Shown: piece after piece, positions 24,668-41,092 of the stretch
How the letters are laid out: every line of letters begins with the position of its first letter
Position numbering within the stretch: position 1 is the stretch's first letter
Source: Octopus vulgaris
Taxonomy: Eukaryota
DNA: 64,000 bases
Direction of reading: 5' to 3'
Assembly: GCA_951406725.2 (NCBI GenBank)
Contig: OX597821.1
Coordinates: forward strand, 112,654,001 to 112,718,000
Made by a program: the position numbers and the translations under genes
The notes under the pieces: generated by a model
The model's database searches: none
What the model was told of the DNA's origin: nothing
What the model saw: only the letters and a program-made list of their open reading frames with translations

Positions 24668-24861
24668 ATACATACATATGCATACATACATACATACATA
24701 CACACACATACATACACACATACATACATACATACATACATACATACAGACATACATACATACAACATACATACATACCATACATACTTACATGCATACA
24801 TGCATATAGACATACATATGCACACACATACACACACATATATATGTTTGTATATGCATAC

Positions 24862-24906
<45 letters not shown>

Positions 24907-25390
24907 TATATATATATATATGTACATATATATACACTCATGTATTTATATACACAAATGTATATTTATATAACACATGATATATGCATATATATAATAT
25001 AAAGTATAAAGTTTATATACACATGAAGTATAATATATGTATGTGTATATATGTGTGTATGTATATGGATATATATGGATTTATATATGTGTATGTGTGT
25101 ATGTATGCATGTATGTATGTATGTAAGTGTGTGTTTGGATGGTCTTTGAAACGATTTAAAGTATCTTGTTTTCCGATTTTTACTGTGTCTCAGGTCAAAG
25201 GTAATATTGGTCAGTTAGTTTCTTAAACCAAAGTAAATACATCATTAAAAATCTTAGGCACGTACACACACACCTACACATGCACACACACACACACACC
25301 TACACATAGACACGCACACACACACACACACCTACACATAGACACACACACACACACACCTACACATAGACACACACACACACACACACC

Positions 25391-25430
<40 letters not shown>

Positions 25431-25550
25431 CACATAGACACACACGCGCGCACACACATACAGATAAACTTATACAAACGCACACAGAAGCACACCTACA
25501 AATTCACACACAAACGCACAAACACACACATATATACATACATACAAGCA

Positions 25551-25617
<67 letters not shown>

Positions 25618-25626
25618 TATATATAT

Positions 25627-25670
<44 letters not shown>

Positions 25671-25715
25671 TATACATATATATGTGTGTATATAAAGTAT
25701 ATATATATATATATC
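24550..25715. repeat. (TACA)/(TA)/(CA) tracts including a ~30-bp (CA)nCCTACACATAGA minisatellite at ~25265-25445
   Basis: Direct reading. Confidence 0.9.
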
Positions 25716-26448
25716 GACGCAACTGTCAGATGCTGTTATACACCGCTGGCCACAATGTGCTTCCTCGAATCGTTGCAGCGTTCGAATGTACCCACTCCAC
25801 TGAGTAGAAAAGCACGCCAACACTTCACCCAATAAACGGAATGGAATGAGATGGAACGGAACGCCAGTTAGTCGCAGGTTGGGTTACTTATTTTCAGTTG
25901 AGCGGACGGAACTACCTATAAAGGGAAGAGTTTTGCCCGAGAGCGCATGCGTCAACCAGTTTGGGGGATCAGATCCACGATCTTGCGATCGATGATGAGT
26001 GCAGCACCTGATCCACATGTCCCCTGCACAATTACACATACATGTATAGATATATAGTAGAAGACACTTTGCCAAGGTGCCACGCAGTGGGACTGAACCC
26101 AGAGCTATGTGGTTGGTAAGCTAGCTACTTACCACACAGCCACTTCTGCGCCTATGCATACATACATACATATATATCTATCTATATATATATATAAATT
26201 CATAAATGAGGGTGAAAAATTAGATATTAATTTAATAATACCATAAGTTTAACACCAAGTGGCTTAGCACATAAAAAACCAGGGAGACAATACATATTTA
26301 TACGTAAATATAAGTGAGTTACCGTTAAGTGGTTAACTCTAGTGCTAAAAATAGCTCCTTATTCTGGTATAGCCACCGAAGTTGTTTCCACAAAGAAATA
26401 ACATTACCTTCAACGTAAGGAAAGTGAAATACAACGAAAAGATAGATT

Positions 26449-26526
26449 AATGCTGAACAATTGTTTCTTTATCAATATAATATGCAATTATACTCATATA
26501 TTTATCTATAAATCATCAGCAGCATT
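26449..26526 (-). ncRNA. Type-I hammerhead ribozyme (left arm)
   Basis: Reverse complement of 26668-26745. Confidence 0.8.
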
Positions 26527-26667
26527 TGTCTTCGATACAATTTATTAGACCCCCACGAGCGACAAATACCCATGCGGTCCAATCGATTGCATACATAGTT
26601 GTGATTTAGGTTCCCCGCCAAAAGCATGGTAAGACTCATTAGGGTCTAATAAATTGTGTCGAAGACA

Positions 26668-26745
26668 AATGCTGCTGATGATTTATAGATAAATATATGA
26701 GTATAATTGCATATTATATTGATAAAGAAACAATTGTTCAGCATT
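26668..26745 (+). ncRNA. Type-I hammerhead ribozyme (right arm)
   Basis: AATGCTG-CTGATGA-TTTAT...ATAAA-GAAAC-AATT-GTT-CAGCATT: 7-bp stem I, intact core, palindromic AACAATTGTT stem III. Confidence 0.8.
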
Positions 26746-26889
26746 AATCTATCTTTTCGTTGTATTTCAATTTCCTTGCGTTGAAGGTAATGTTATTTCT
26801 TTGTGGAAACAACTTCGGTGGCTATACCAGAATAAGGAGCTATTTTTAGCACTAGAGTTAACCACTTGCGGCAACTCTCTTATATTTAC

Positions 26890-26965
<76 letters not shown>

Positions 26966-27110
26966 AGGCATATTCATATTCATACACACATACATAATAC
27001 ATGCATACATGTAAGTGGAACAGTAAAATATGCAAGATTTTTCTCAAGTTTAAAATTCTTAAAAGAAGAAGAAACATTCAAATAATTAAAAACGGAAGCG
27101 TATATGCACA

Positions 27111-27988
27111 CAGGATGTGGTGAATAAATTGTCGTTTGAATTACGCAAAAAAAATAAAAAATAACACCGACATCTCATTTTGACAGATACATTTACCAAA
27201 ATTACATATAAAAAATCTTGAAATGCTAAAGAGTAAATTTATTCAATAAAATCGTCATTGGTTTCAATCACGGCGTCCAAACGACTTCGGAATCTCCTGC
27301 ACTCTTCTGGACAGCCTCCTTGTCTAAGTTGGTGAATGCAACCATAATCCTTGTCTTCATTTTATCTTTGGTGTTACCAGGAGTTTTGTTGGTCTGTCGC
27401 TCAACTGCGCCCCACACATAATAATCAAGGGTGCTTCAGTCTGGGGAGTTTGGTGGACAGATGTTAGGGGTGATGTGGTCACGCAAATTGTCTGACAGTC
27501 ATGATTATGTTCTCCTATTTGTGTGGCATGGTGTAGAGTCCTGCTGCCAGCAGCCACCCTTTTTACCCAGGGCAGCACTACCTCCTCCAGGCACTTGATG
27601 TAGGCCTCTGTGTTGAGTCCGAGGCCGCATGGGAAGATGAATGGAGGCATAACGTCGCCATCATTAGTGATCGCTCCAAACATCATGATGTTGACTGGAT
27701 GTTTGATTTTTATCATTCTCGGTACATGTCCTCAGATTGCACTGTCCTCAGATTGACACCCAGACACTCTGAAATGTTCAAGTTAGAGCTTCCGATGCCA
27801 ATGCCAAGCATTACAGTATGTCGTTTCCAAATTTCTGACCGAGAATTGCATCTTGGTGCCGTTTTTCTCACAGACAGTGCCCAATTAACCCTACTATACT
27901 GTGTAGACAACAATCAAAAACTAGCAATGCGCATGCACGAGATTAAAAATATAAAATGGTGACAGTGACAATTTCCCATCGCATCCTG
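27111..27988 (-). mobile_element. Defective maT (DD37D) Tc1/mariner transposon
   Basis: TIRs CAGGATG(T/C)G(G/A)TG..AAATTGTC. Pseudogenised transposase QD-STPCHT...PPNSPD*STL-DYYVWGA with 37 residues between the 2nd and 3rd Asp. Internal deletion and stop codons. Confidence 0.85.
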
Positions 27989-28001
27989 TACATACATACA
28001 T

Positions 28002-29025
28002 CAAATGACTTGGAAGGCAGCTCTTCGAGCAATACTCTTTGTCTGATAACCTCGAATACAAGCCCAAAGAAGTCACACGACTCTACCGCAACATATCAGA
28101 TGAAAGGATGAGCCTGTATCAGCAGAAGACTATGCACGGATATGTTATTAGAAAGCTCCGTGATGATAGTAACATCAATCATCAAAGCATTTTATCATGG
28201 ACGAATAGCCAAAATTACTACGTCCCACTTTGAAGGGTATGCGTTTGCAATTCAAGAACAGGAAATATCAACCAAATACCTGATGCAAAAAAGGGATAGA
28301 GATGCAGGAAAAACCATAAAATGTGACAACCGATGCAGACTTTGTGTACATCACACTGAAGATATCAACCACGTCGTAAGCTGTTGTCCGAAAATGTCAT
28401 CATATTAGACATGATGTTGCAGCTAGGACACTCTATAATGAAATCCATTAAAAGGATAATCCCAAGGACAAAGAAATAAGAACCCATAATGTGGTAGAAG
28501 CCATTGCCATTCATAATGAAAAATGAATACTAATGGAATGTACCAGTGAAGACCTCAATAAAATGTAAGCACAACAGACTTGATATAGTGATTTGGGATA
28601 GAGAAGAGAAACTGTGCAGAGTTGTAGAAATTAGCTGCCCAGCAGATGTTAACATAAAGCTGAACATCAGTGAAAAAGAGAACACCTATACTGAACCATT
28701 GAGATATCTGCAGTTACTCTATCCAGAATACAAGTTCAAGTTTATAGCTGTAATTACTGGGGCCCTGAGATATGTAACACACTACCTAAATACCAATCTT
28801 GAGAAATTAGGCTTCTCAAAACGAGAAAGGAGAAAGCAAATTCAACGACTACAGATCCAACCCATCACTGAAAGGTAAAAATCTGTAAAACTTTCCAGAA
28901 GTTTATCATTTAAAAATATATGAGCATGTCTATATATATGCAACTATATGCATGAGAAGACATACATAAAACAAAAACATACAAATCTGTACATACATAC
29001 ATACAATCATAAATACATACATACA

Positions 29026-29059
<34 letters not shown>

Positions 29060-29177
29060 CAAACAAACAAAAATATCCTGTTGTTAATGTTGAAATTCCA
29101 ATGAAGGAAGCTTGGATCTAGGTTGAAACCGGTTCTTTCACTATTGGCAAGGAATCTTGAAATAAACTGAATAATGA
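28002..29177 (+). mobile_element. Longest family-A R4/Dong-type LINE fragment (pseudogenised)
   Basis: EGYAFAIQEQEI, CCHC knuckle CRLCVHHTEDINHVVSCC, and RLE core RLDIVIWDREEKLCRVVEISCPAD. Starts in (TACA)n. Confidence 0.9.
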
Positions 29178-29320
29178 CATGCATATATATGCCTTGATCA
29201 TCGATCTGATCTGGCAAATTAATAATCAATGGCATTGTAGTCGTAAGCATCTCATATTTTCAACATCATTTTTATACACACACACACACACACACATATA
29301 TGTATATATACATATGTATA

Positions 29321-29701
<381 letters not shown>

Positions 29702-29800
29702 TATATATATATATATATATTAGATATACGTAGACACACACACACACACACACACACTTAAACCTTTATATAAATATGTGCGCGTATAAGTCCCTCTTGC

Positions 29801-29919
29801 ATCTTGTGAAGGGATGCTCTGCAATGTGGACCTGTCCAACGTGGACCAGTATTGCACTTGTTTGCATAATATATTATTATAACAACTGAGTACTGATAAT
29901 TCGAAACAGCTGTAAAGAT
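29801..29919 (+). ncRNA. Degenerate type-I hammerhead
   Basis: ATCTT-GTGAAGG...GAAAC-AGCT-GTA-AAGAT: stem I and palindromic stem III are intact, with two core substitutions. Confidence 0.45.
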
Positions 29920-30152
29920 CTGAACTGTTTAATTTATGTAAATTTTATGCAAATTTTTATATAAATACAGGAATGCCTCGATGTACAAGTTAATTTGTTC
30001 CCGGAGGCTACTCGTAAAGCGGTAACTCGTAAACCAGAGAAATATTTTCCATGGTAGCAATGTTATAAATCGTAATTCCTTCCCAGAAAGATATTTTACC
30101 TATAAAATTTATAATACTCGTTAATAAATGGCAATATAACAACAATAGTGTA

Positions 30153-32063
<1,911 letters not shown>

Positions 32064-32076
32064 TAGACAGACACAC

Positions 32077-32147
<71 letters not shown>

Positions 32148-32433
32148 CGTATCAGTCCAAAACGATTGATTAACACATTGTTAGAGTATCGGGGAAAATG
32201 CCTCGCTGCTTCTTTTTCGGCCATACACGCTCCAAGTTCAAATCCTGCTCACGTAACTAGAAGAAAAAAAAAATCTCGAGGAAAAAAAAAAAACTGTGAT
32301 CTGCATTTGTGATGTCCTTAAAACACCTGCTTGAATAATCTCACCGATCTAACGCTATATTAGTATACCAGCAGCTAGGAGACTGCATTCGGGAAATTTT
32401 GTGTGTTAGAGACATAACAGCGACAGTGACGTG

Positions 32434-32466
<33 letters not shown>

Positions 32467-32639
32467 TTATGTGTGTGTATGTGTGTGTGAGCGCGTGTTA
32501 AAATCTGATAATTCTAGAAGCAGCTATGCTGTCTCGTTGTTGAAACAAGTTGCAAGTTGTTATCTTGGAAATATAAAATATAACACACCGCCTTCAAGCG
32601 TGATGAGAATATTTTTGCATTTACAGCCATCTTAGCTCT

Positions 32640-32686
32640 TTGACTAATCGTACCCATACAGCTACACAGACACACACACAGACACA

Positions 32687-32740
<54 letters not shown>

Positions 32741-32749
32741 TCACATGTG

Positions 32750-32786
<37 letters not shown>

Positions 32787-32863
32787 TGTCTGTGCATATC
32801 TGTTTATGTGTATGTTGCTTGTATGTGTGGGTTTGTACAGATTGATGGAGAGGGTAGTTAGAT

Positions 32864-32920
<57 letters not shown>

Positions 32921-33175
32921 ATCAACTTTCGGTAGGGGGAGAGGAAGATATATATATATATAGATAGATAGAACAGAATAGATAGGTAAATAGATAGATA
33001 TTGTCGCATTAAGCTAACTGCGGGCATGTTAACTTGCATTCAAAATGGCTCCCGATTTCAATGAAATTAAGTTTATTTCATATGCCACCAGAAAATGAAT
33101 AAAACCCTTTGAATTCGCATTGAAAAGAAGTCGAATTTTTCTTTGTCTGCATGATTCAACCACTCAATATTTTCA

Positions 33176-33249
<74 letters not shown>

Positions 33250-33426
33250 ATACGCACAGATATATGTGTGTATATATATATATTATGTCACATCATATCG
33301 TATATATATATATATTATATATACATGCTCATACATATATATATATTTTTATATATATATGTATGTGTATGTATATATGTATATGTACGCACACACATAT
33401 GCATATACTTATATGTATATATATAT

Positions 33427-33469
<43 letters not shown>

Positions 33470-33587
33470 TAGATAGATAGATAGATATAGATACATGTAT
33501 GCATATATTTATATATGCATTATATAGGTATGTGTATGTATGTAGATATATAATATGAGCGTGTATATATATATATGTATATCTATG

Positions 33588-33620
<33 letters not shown>

Positions 33621-33647
33621 GTATATATATGTACATACATATGTGTG

Positions 33648-33710
<63 letters not shown>

Positions 33711-33720
33711 ACATACATAC

Positions 33721-33791
<71 letters not shown>
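32640..33791. repeat. Long (TA)-rich and (CA) microsatellite region
   Basis: Direct reading. Confidence 0.9.
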
Positions 33792-33792
<1 letters not shown>

Positions 33793-34169
33793 GGTGTAAT
33801 AATTAATTAACGCTGAAACTTTACACCAATCGAAACAACCAGCGGAATTGGTCTCAATAAGAGATTATGTTTTCGACATTTGGCAAGTAGCAAACTTGTT
33901 TATGACACAGGAAATGTCTATATTTGGCACAAGTTCAGGTTAAATGTTCATTTCAACAGGCTTGAGCAATCTGCTTTTCCGACATAATAACTTCTTTGTT
34001 GATGTATTTAAAATCAATTCTTTTGTCCAATCAACACTGAATACGTAATCATCAGCACCTACAAGGAAGCATCTATTATTAAATAGTCGCGAGAATTGTT
34101 AGAAATAGCAGCCATGTTACCTACATACCACAAGTCCAACTGTCTTATAACAAGACGGACACATCGGAT

Positions 34170-34420
34170 CAATGGTTCTCGAGCATTTTTTATTGATGGA
34201 CATATTTGACCCGTATTTTAGTCGGGCGGACCCTCCGAGCAATTCAACGTTAAAAAAAATCCGATCACATTTTCAGAATTAATCATTATTAAGAATTATA
34301 TATAACACAAAATATTTTGTGTATTGCGGAAGCATAACCAATTTAAGGCACATAATTGTTAACAACAAAATCTCATATTGACCCACAAGGGACATGTGGA
34401 CCCCATTTAAGAACCGTTGC
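34170..34420. mobile_element. Degenerate hAT-like MITE
   Basis: CAATGGTTCTCGA...TTAAGAACCGTTG imperfect TIRs. Related to the 11272 units. Confidence 0.5.
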
Positions 34421-34943
34421 ATTAGAAAATACATTTGATGACAGGATGGTCATGACCCAAAGTGTTTGATCAGATACCTTTTTGGTGATGGACAGCCAGG
34501 GGCTGAACAAAAGTATTAAAACCGTTTCTTGCCCTAGTATAAATGCCAGCTCAGTTTATCTGAAAGAAATAGGACATAGCTGATAAGGCAGGGATGGTAT
34601 TGCAACCACTCAGCTGCTGGCAAGCCTTTGATTACAGCTAGCTACCCCTGGTTACCTCTCTTCTTGTACCTGGAATCTTAACATGCAAGCCTTCCCTGCC
34701 TGTATACAGTATTTCCCTAAACAAGTTTCTCCCGATACTTCCATCAATCACAAATAGACACTAAATACCTTGCATCCCCGGACTAAATTGGCAACCCTTA
34801 CGTCGCAACAGCGGACTTCTGAGGTACAGTATGCAGATCCTCCCTAGTGGATATTCTCAAGATTTTACTAGTCATTGCTCTGTTGCATGTTATTGAGTCT
34901 AAAACTACAAATGCCAGGAGGTCCTACTCTGACATAAACTCAC

Positions 34944-35039
<96 letters not shown>

Positions 35040-35659
35040 TGTGTGAGTGTGTGTGTGTTCGGCTTTGAGATGATTTCGGTCAGACTGAATTTCCGGAAGT
35101 CAGTAAAAGTTACTTACCAACTTGGGCCCCGCTTGCCACTGGATCTGTCTTCCTCCCAGTGAAGATAGCCAAGCGGCAAAATTTTGAACCTACGCCTTTA
35201 TTGACACTGGTGTCTTGTCATTCGACATGGATCTTGGACCTTTAAAATTTGGCAGCGATGAAGAATGGTAACTGGTGTAAGTAGTAAGAAATCTCCCTGA
35301 GAATGATACAACAGCAGTTGTTTGCTGTTGAGGTTAAGAGCCGTCCTTCAGCAGATTCCCGTTCAACCCAGCAGCCATAACTAGAAACCTCACCGCTTTT
35401 CCCAGCTGATGAGGAACAACGGAAATGCAATTCTCGGACGGTACATAGTTTACAGTCCCGAGAAATGGAAATTGCTTCAGCCAGAACATTCCAATTAGTG
35501 ATCGGACAAAAAAATGAAAGAGCAAAATATACCACCTAGACTAGTTGCGTGAGCTGTATGAACGTTACTTGGAGTTAGCTATCAATGAGACGCCACAGAG
35601 TACTACAGCTCTCGTAATCAATGACCAGAAGCGATATAGAGTTGTTGTTACTGCATTCA

Positions 35660-35920
35660 GCCAGATCAAACTACAAGGAAAACGACTGTCTCGTCATCCG
35701 CGCCAGGATGGTCAATACCACAATTAATTCAAACTTCATTTAAAGACCGTTTTGAAGAGAAGCAACATTAACCCATGAAAAGAGAAAGACCTCGGTGCCT
35801 ATTGTTCACATTAGCAGTCTCAATGCTGGAAGGAATGTGGGTGGAGCGGAGAAAATATGGAGGAGAAGAAACACACTGATCACTAACGAAATAAGAAGCG
35901 AGTAAAGAGACGGAGATGCA
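35660..35920 (+). mobile_element. Highly degenerate RTE-like LINE ORF end
   Basis: LQGKR...GQ...FKLHLKTVLKRSNINP*KEKDL resembles the RTE motif GKR..GGQ..RFKD.LK..LK..NI...WE.LA. Confidence 0.35.
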
Positions 35921-37511
35921 TATCTCTGCATGAAAAGCGCCTACCATCCTCCGTCAGAACAAAGATTTTAAATGACTTGTCTGATACGGAAACTATACAT
36001 CAAGGAGAATGATATAGAATCATAAATAGATCCACGAATGCGGGGAAAAACTGGTCATCATTGGATTCAGGAGACAACCATATGTAGGAGCGTATGCGTG
36101 AGTATTTGCGTGGGTACGCGTGTTGAGTGTGTGTGTGAATGCGTGTGCATTTGTTAAGATGAATAGATGTGCGCAATTATTGAAATTATTACAGCGATCA
36201 TAATAATATATTGCATGTATAAATAGGATAAATATCTATTTATCCCACGGACAAATGCCGCTAATACAATCAATTGCTTGACCTTTCATCAACAGATGAC
36301 CAATTGATTTCAAATAGGGAGGAGAGAATAGCTTAGTGAAATGCCTGTCTTTCCCAAATGGATTAATGAAATAAGAGAAAATAGCCAGATTGGCTCAGAG
36401 ACTTGGCTGGGTAGAAGTTAAACACGAACACCATATTATCTGCGCACAACACCTACAGCACATACACACACAACACACGTACACGCACGCACGTACACGC
36501 ACGCACGTACACATGCATGCATAAATGGGATTCGTATGCATGCATACACATCAGTAGACGCACACGCACACATACACACAGATGCATACATACGCACATA
36601 AACATGGATTCACATGCATACATACACATATATAAAAGCAAATATACACACACAAATACATACACACATACACACACACACACACACACAATTAGCTTAT
36701 TCTATACCAAATGCAAAGTCTTGTACTAGATGGCTTTTTAAGTTTACAAATCCCTCTCACTCTCTCTCTCTCTCTCTCTATCTTTCTCTCTCTATCTACC
36801 TCTCTCTCTACACACACACACACGCACACATATATATATAGAGAGAGAGACAGAGAGATACATACATACATACTTATATATATATATATATACATACATA
36901 CATACATACATATATATATATATATAAAACCCTCTCTCTTTCTCCTTTCCTCCTCTTTCTTTCCCGCTCTGTCTCTCCCTATATATATATCTGTATATAC
37001 TTATACATATATATACCCATATATATATATATATATATACACATACACAGCACGCACACACACACACACGCACATACGCATACATACATATGCACAGACG
37101 CAAGCACACATAGTGGCAAATTAGCTGAGTCGTTAGAGTGTTGGCTAGAATACCTCTCAATATATGTTCCAACTCTCTGAGCCCTAAGTTCAAGAGTTCT
37201 AATCCCACCGAGGCCAACTTTGCTGTTCGTTCTTTCGCGGTCACTACAAATGCACAAATTCAGGACGATGTACTGGCGAAATTGCTGGACGGTCCTGAAT
37301 GATGCTATGTGGTATCTGTTCCGGTTCCTTTATTGAAGGACATCTGGTGCCGAGCGGTATCGGCCCACGTCCGTGGCCCTTCCCTTGATTAAACGTTGGG
37401 GACGTGAAGAGAGGAAAGCTACTTGCAGGCATGGGTAATTGACCCTCCAAGGGAATCTTGCATAAGTTTGCATCTGTAAAGATGCATGGTCGATTTAGAC
37501 CGCCGAAGCTC

Positions 37512-38147
37512 CGAGCTGGCAGAAACGTTAGCACGCCGGGCGAAATGCGTAGCCGTATTTCGTCTGTCGACACGTTCTGAGTTCAAATTCCGCCGAGGTC
37601 GACTTCGCCGTTCATCCTTTCGGGGTCGATAAATTAAGTACCAGTTACGCACTGGGGTCGATGTAATCGACTTAATCCGTTTGTCTGTCCTTGTTTGTCC
37701 CCTCTGTGTTTAGCCCCTTGTGGGTAGTAAAGAAATAGGTGAGCTGGCAGAAACGTTAGCACGCCTGGCGAAATGCGTAGCTGTATTTCGTCTGTCGATA
37801 CGTTCCGATTTCAAATTCTGCCGAGGTCGACTTTGCCTTTCATCCTTTCAGGGTCGATAAATTAAGTACCACTTACACATTGGGGTCGATATAATCGACT
37901 TAATCCGTTTGTCTGTCCTTGTTTGTCCCCTCTGTGTTTAGCCCCTTGTGAGTAGTAAAGAAATAGGCATTTCGTCTGTCGATACGCTCTGAGTTCAAAT
38001 TCCGCCGAGGTCGACTTTACCTTTCATCCTTTCGGGGTCGATAAATTAAGTACCAGTTACGCACTGGGGTCGATGTAATTGACTTAATCCCTTTGTCTGT
38101 CCTTGTTTGTCCCCTCTGTGTTTAACCCCTTGTGGGTAGTAAAGAAA
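37512..38147 (+). mobile_element. Family N SINE trimer
   Basis: Three head-to-tail units. Confidence 0.9.
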
Positions 38148-38163
38148 TGTATATACATATGCT

Positions 38164-38212
<49 letters not shown>

Positions 38213-38428
38213 GTGTGTTTATACAGTCCATAGGAGCTGCAACTGTTACTTAAGTTTCCTTTTCACCAGGTGTATACGTATCACTAACACCGATAAAGCA
38301 TACAGGCTGCCATTCACGAGACAAGTTCAATACGGTTATTCATGCGTGATCTTAGCTAACAGTCTCAGGTGTGTTAGTAGAACAGGCATAAATCTATGTG
38401 GTTCCATTTAATATGTCCCTTGCGGGAT

Positions 38429-38467
<39 letters not shown>

Positions 38468-38716
38468 GCATTCGTATTTCCACGTGCACACACACATACA
38501 CACACACACACGCACACAGGCTTTCCCACTCTCCCTCTCTCTCATATACATACACACACAGAGGCTTACATCTACATATATACATATATACGTACACATG
38601 AATTTATATATTATTATTATTATTATTATCATCATAATTATTATTATTATTATTAATATTATTATTATTAGTATTATTATTATTAGTAGTAGTAGTATTA
38701 GTATTAGTATTAGTAT

Positions 38717-38778
<62 letters not shown>

Positions 38779-39054
38779 TTGTTCTTTTTCTTCTTCTTCT
38801 TCTTCTTCTTCTTCTTATTATTATTATTATTAATATTATTATTGTTATTATTATGAGTATGTGAGTGAGTGTTTGTGTATGTGTATGCATGAAGGCCACT
38901 ATTCTCCATGCGGTAAGAACAATTAGAAACCGATGTTCGATAAATCAATAAGGAGCATTTTTACTAAAAAGCAAAACTTCGGTCGACATTACAATGCTAT
39001 TTATCCAAATAACACCGAGCAGTGCTTCTACAAATCAATACACACACACACAGT

Positions 39055-39065
39055 GACAGACAGAC

Positions 39066-39152
<87 letters not shown>

Positions 39153-39165
39153 CAGATAGACAGAC

Positions 39166-39252
<87 letters not shown>

Positions 39253-39261
39253 CAGATAGAC

Positions 39262-39346
<85 letters not shown>
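39055..39346. repeat. (GATA)n microsatellite
   Basis: Direct reading. Confidence 0.95.
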
Positions 39347-39529
39347 CCTTGTTGATTAATGTATAAAAATGTGTCTATCTTACTGAGAAAAACGAAGACA
39401 GAAATCTGGTGAAGTGATGTGGTGTGTAAACACATGATGTGAGTGGCTTGAGCTGTCTGTGTTATTGTGTAGGGAGACAAGTTTAGCTCAAACTGCTGCG
39501 GAAAGAGATAATATGAGTTGAAAGTATTC

Positions 39530-39923
39530 TCTCTTTTACTCTTTTACTTGTTTCAGTCATTTGACTGTGACCATGCTGGAGCACCGCCTTTAATCGGGCA
39601 AATCGATCCCAGAACTTATTCTTTGTAAGCCTAGTATTTATTCTATCGGTCTCTTTTGCCGAACCGCTAAGTTATGGGGACGTAAACACACCAGCGTCGG
39701 TTGTCAAGCGATGCTAGGGGAGACAAACACAGACACACAAACATATGTACACACACATACATATATACGACGGGCTTCTTTCAGTTTCCGTCTACCAAAT
39801 CCACTCACAAGGCTCTGGTCGGCCCGAGGCTATAGTAGAAGACTCTTGCCCAAGGTGCCACGCAGTGGGACTGAACCCGGAACCATGTGGTTCGTAAGCA
39901 AGCTACTTACCACACAGCCACTC
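39530..39923 (-). mobile_element. Full-length family M SINE
   Basis: Match to 11754-12185. Confidence 0.9.
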
Positions 39924-40324
39924 CGATCATGTATTGAAGTGTATTATAAGTATATTAGAAGATGGTGTTATGAGGGTGCATGTTTCAGTGGTTAGAATCG
40001 TGGTTTCAATTCCTAGACCGAGCAGTGCATTGAGATCTTGGGCAAAATACTTCCCATGTTATTATCCAGGTTGTTCCCCGAACACTTCGACATCTGATGT
40101 GTGGTATACGCTGTGCAACTATTAAGGCAATGTCGAATTGGCGGAAGGAGTGAGCTAAATATACGGCACGTACATTTGATCATTAGAAACTGTTGTGGCG
40201 TGAGTCATTGACACCCCGGCTTGTCCATTCTCCAATCCACCAGGGGTGTCAATGACACTCGTCACAACAGAAATAAATCATTTGTGCAGGGTGCAGAACC
40301 GTCTACGAGAGACTACCATCACAC

Positions 40325-41092
40325 GACGAGCTGGCAGAAACGTTAGCAAACCGGGCGAAATGCTTTGCGGTATTTCGTCTGCCGTTATGTTCTGAGTTCA
40401 AATTCTGCCTAGGTCGACTTTGCCTTTCATCCTTTCGGGGTCGATAAATTAAGTACCAGCTACGCACTGTATTCGATATAATCGACTTAATCCGTCTGTC
40501 TGTCCTTGTTTGTCCCCTCTGTGTTTAGCCCCCTGTGGGTAGTAAAGAAATAGGTATTTAGTCTGCCGCTACGTTCTGAGTTCAAATTCCGCCGAGGTCG
40601 ATTCTGCCTTTCATCCTTTCGGGGTCGATTAAATAAGTACAAGTTACGCACTGGAGTCGATGTAATCGACTTAATCCCTTTGTCTATCCTTGTTTGTCTC
40701 CTCTATGTTTAGCTCCTTGTGAGTAATAAAGAAATAAGTATTTCGTCTGCCGTTATGTTCTGAGTTCAAATTCCGCCGAGGTCGACTTTGCCTTCCATCC
40801 TTTCGGGGTCGATAAATTAAGTACCAGTTACGCACTGGGATCGATATAATCGGCTTAATCCGTTTGTCTGTCCTTGTTTGTCCTCTCTGTGTTTAGCCCC
40901 TTGTGGGTTAAAGAAATAGGTATTTCGTCCTGCCGCTACGTTCTGAGTTCAAATTCCGCCGAGGTCGACTTTGCCTTTCATCCTTTCTGGTTCGATTAAA
41001 TAAGTACCAGTTACGCATTGGAGTCAATGTTATCGACTTAATCCCCCTGTTTGTCTCCTCTGTGTTTAGCCCCCTGTGTGCAACAAAGAAAC
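40325..41092 (+). mobile_element. Family N SINE tetramer
   Basis: Four units joined at AAAGAAATA(G/A)GT|ATTT(C/A)GTC. Confidence 0.9.

Larger units (their letters stand above)
26196..26894. mobile_element. (TA)n-embedded fold-back element with ~254-bp inverted arms
   Basis: Arms at 26299-26552 and 26642-26894, near-identical, with an ~89-bp spacer. Confidence 0.85.

Noticed and set aside
35398-35440. CTGATGA...GAAAT
   Set aside because: Stem II and stem I do not pair convincingly.
37270-37510. GC-richer patch, possibly an HDV-like ribozyme or LINE 5' UTR
   Set aside because: I could not build the nested double pseudoknot by eye; a covariance-model search is needed.
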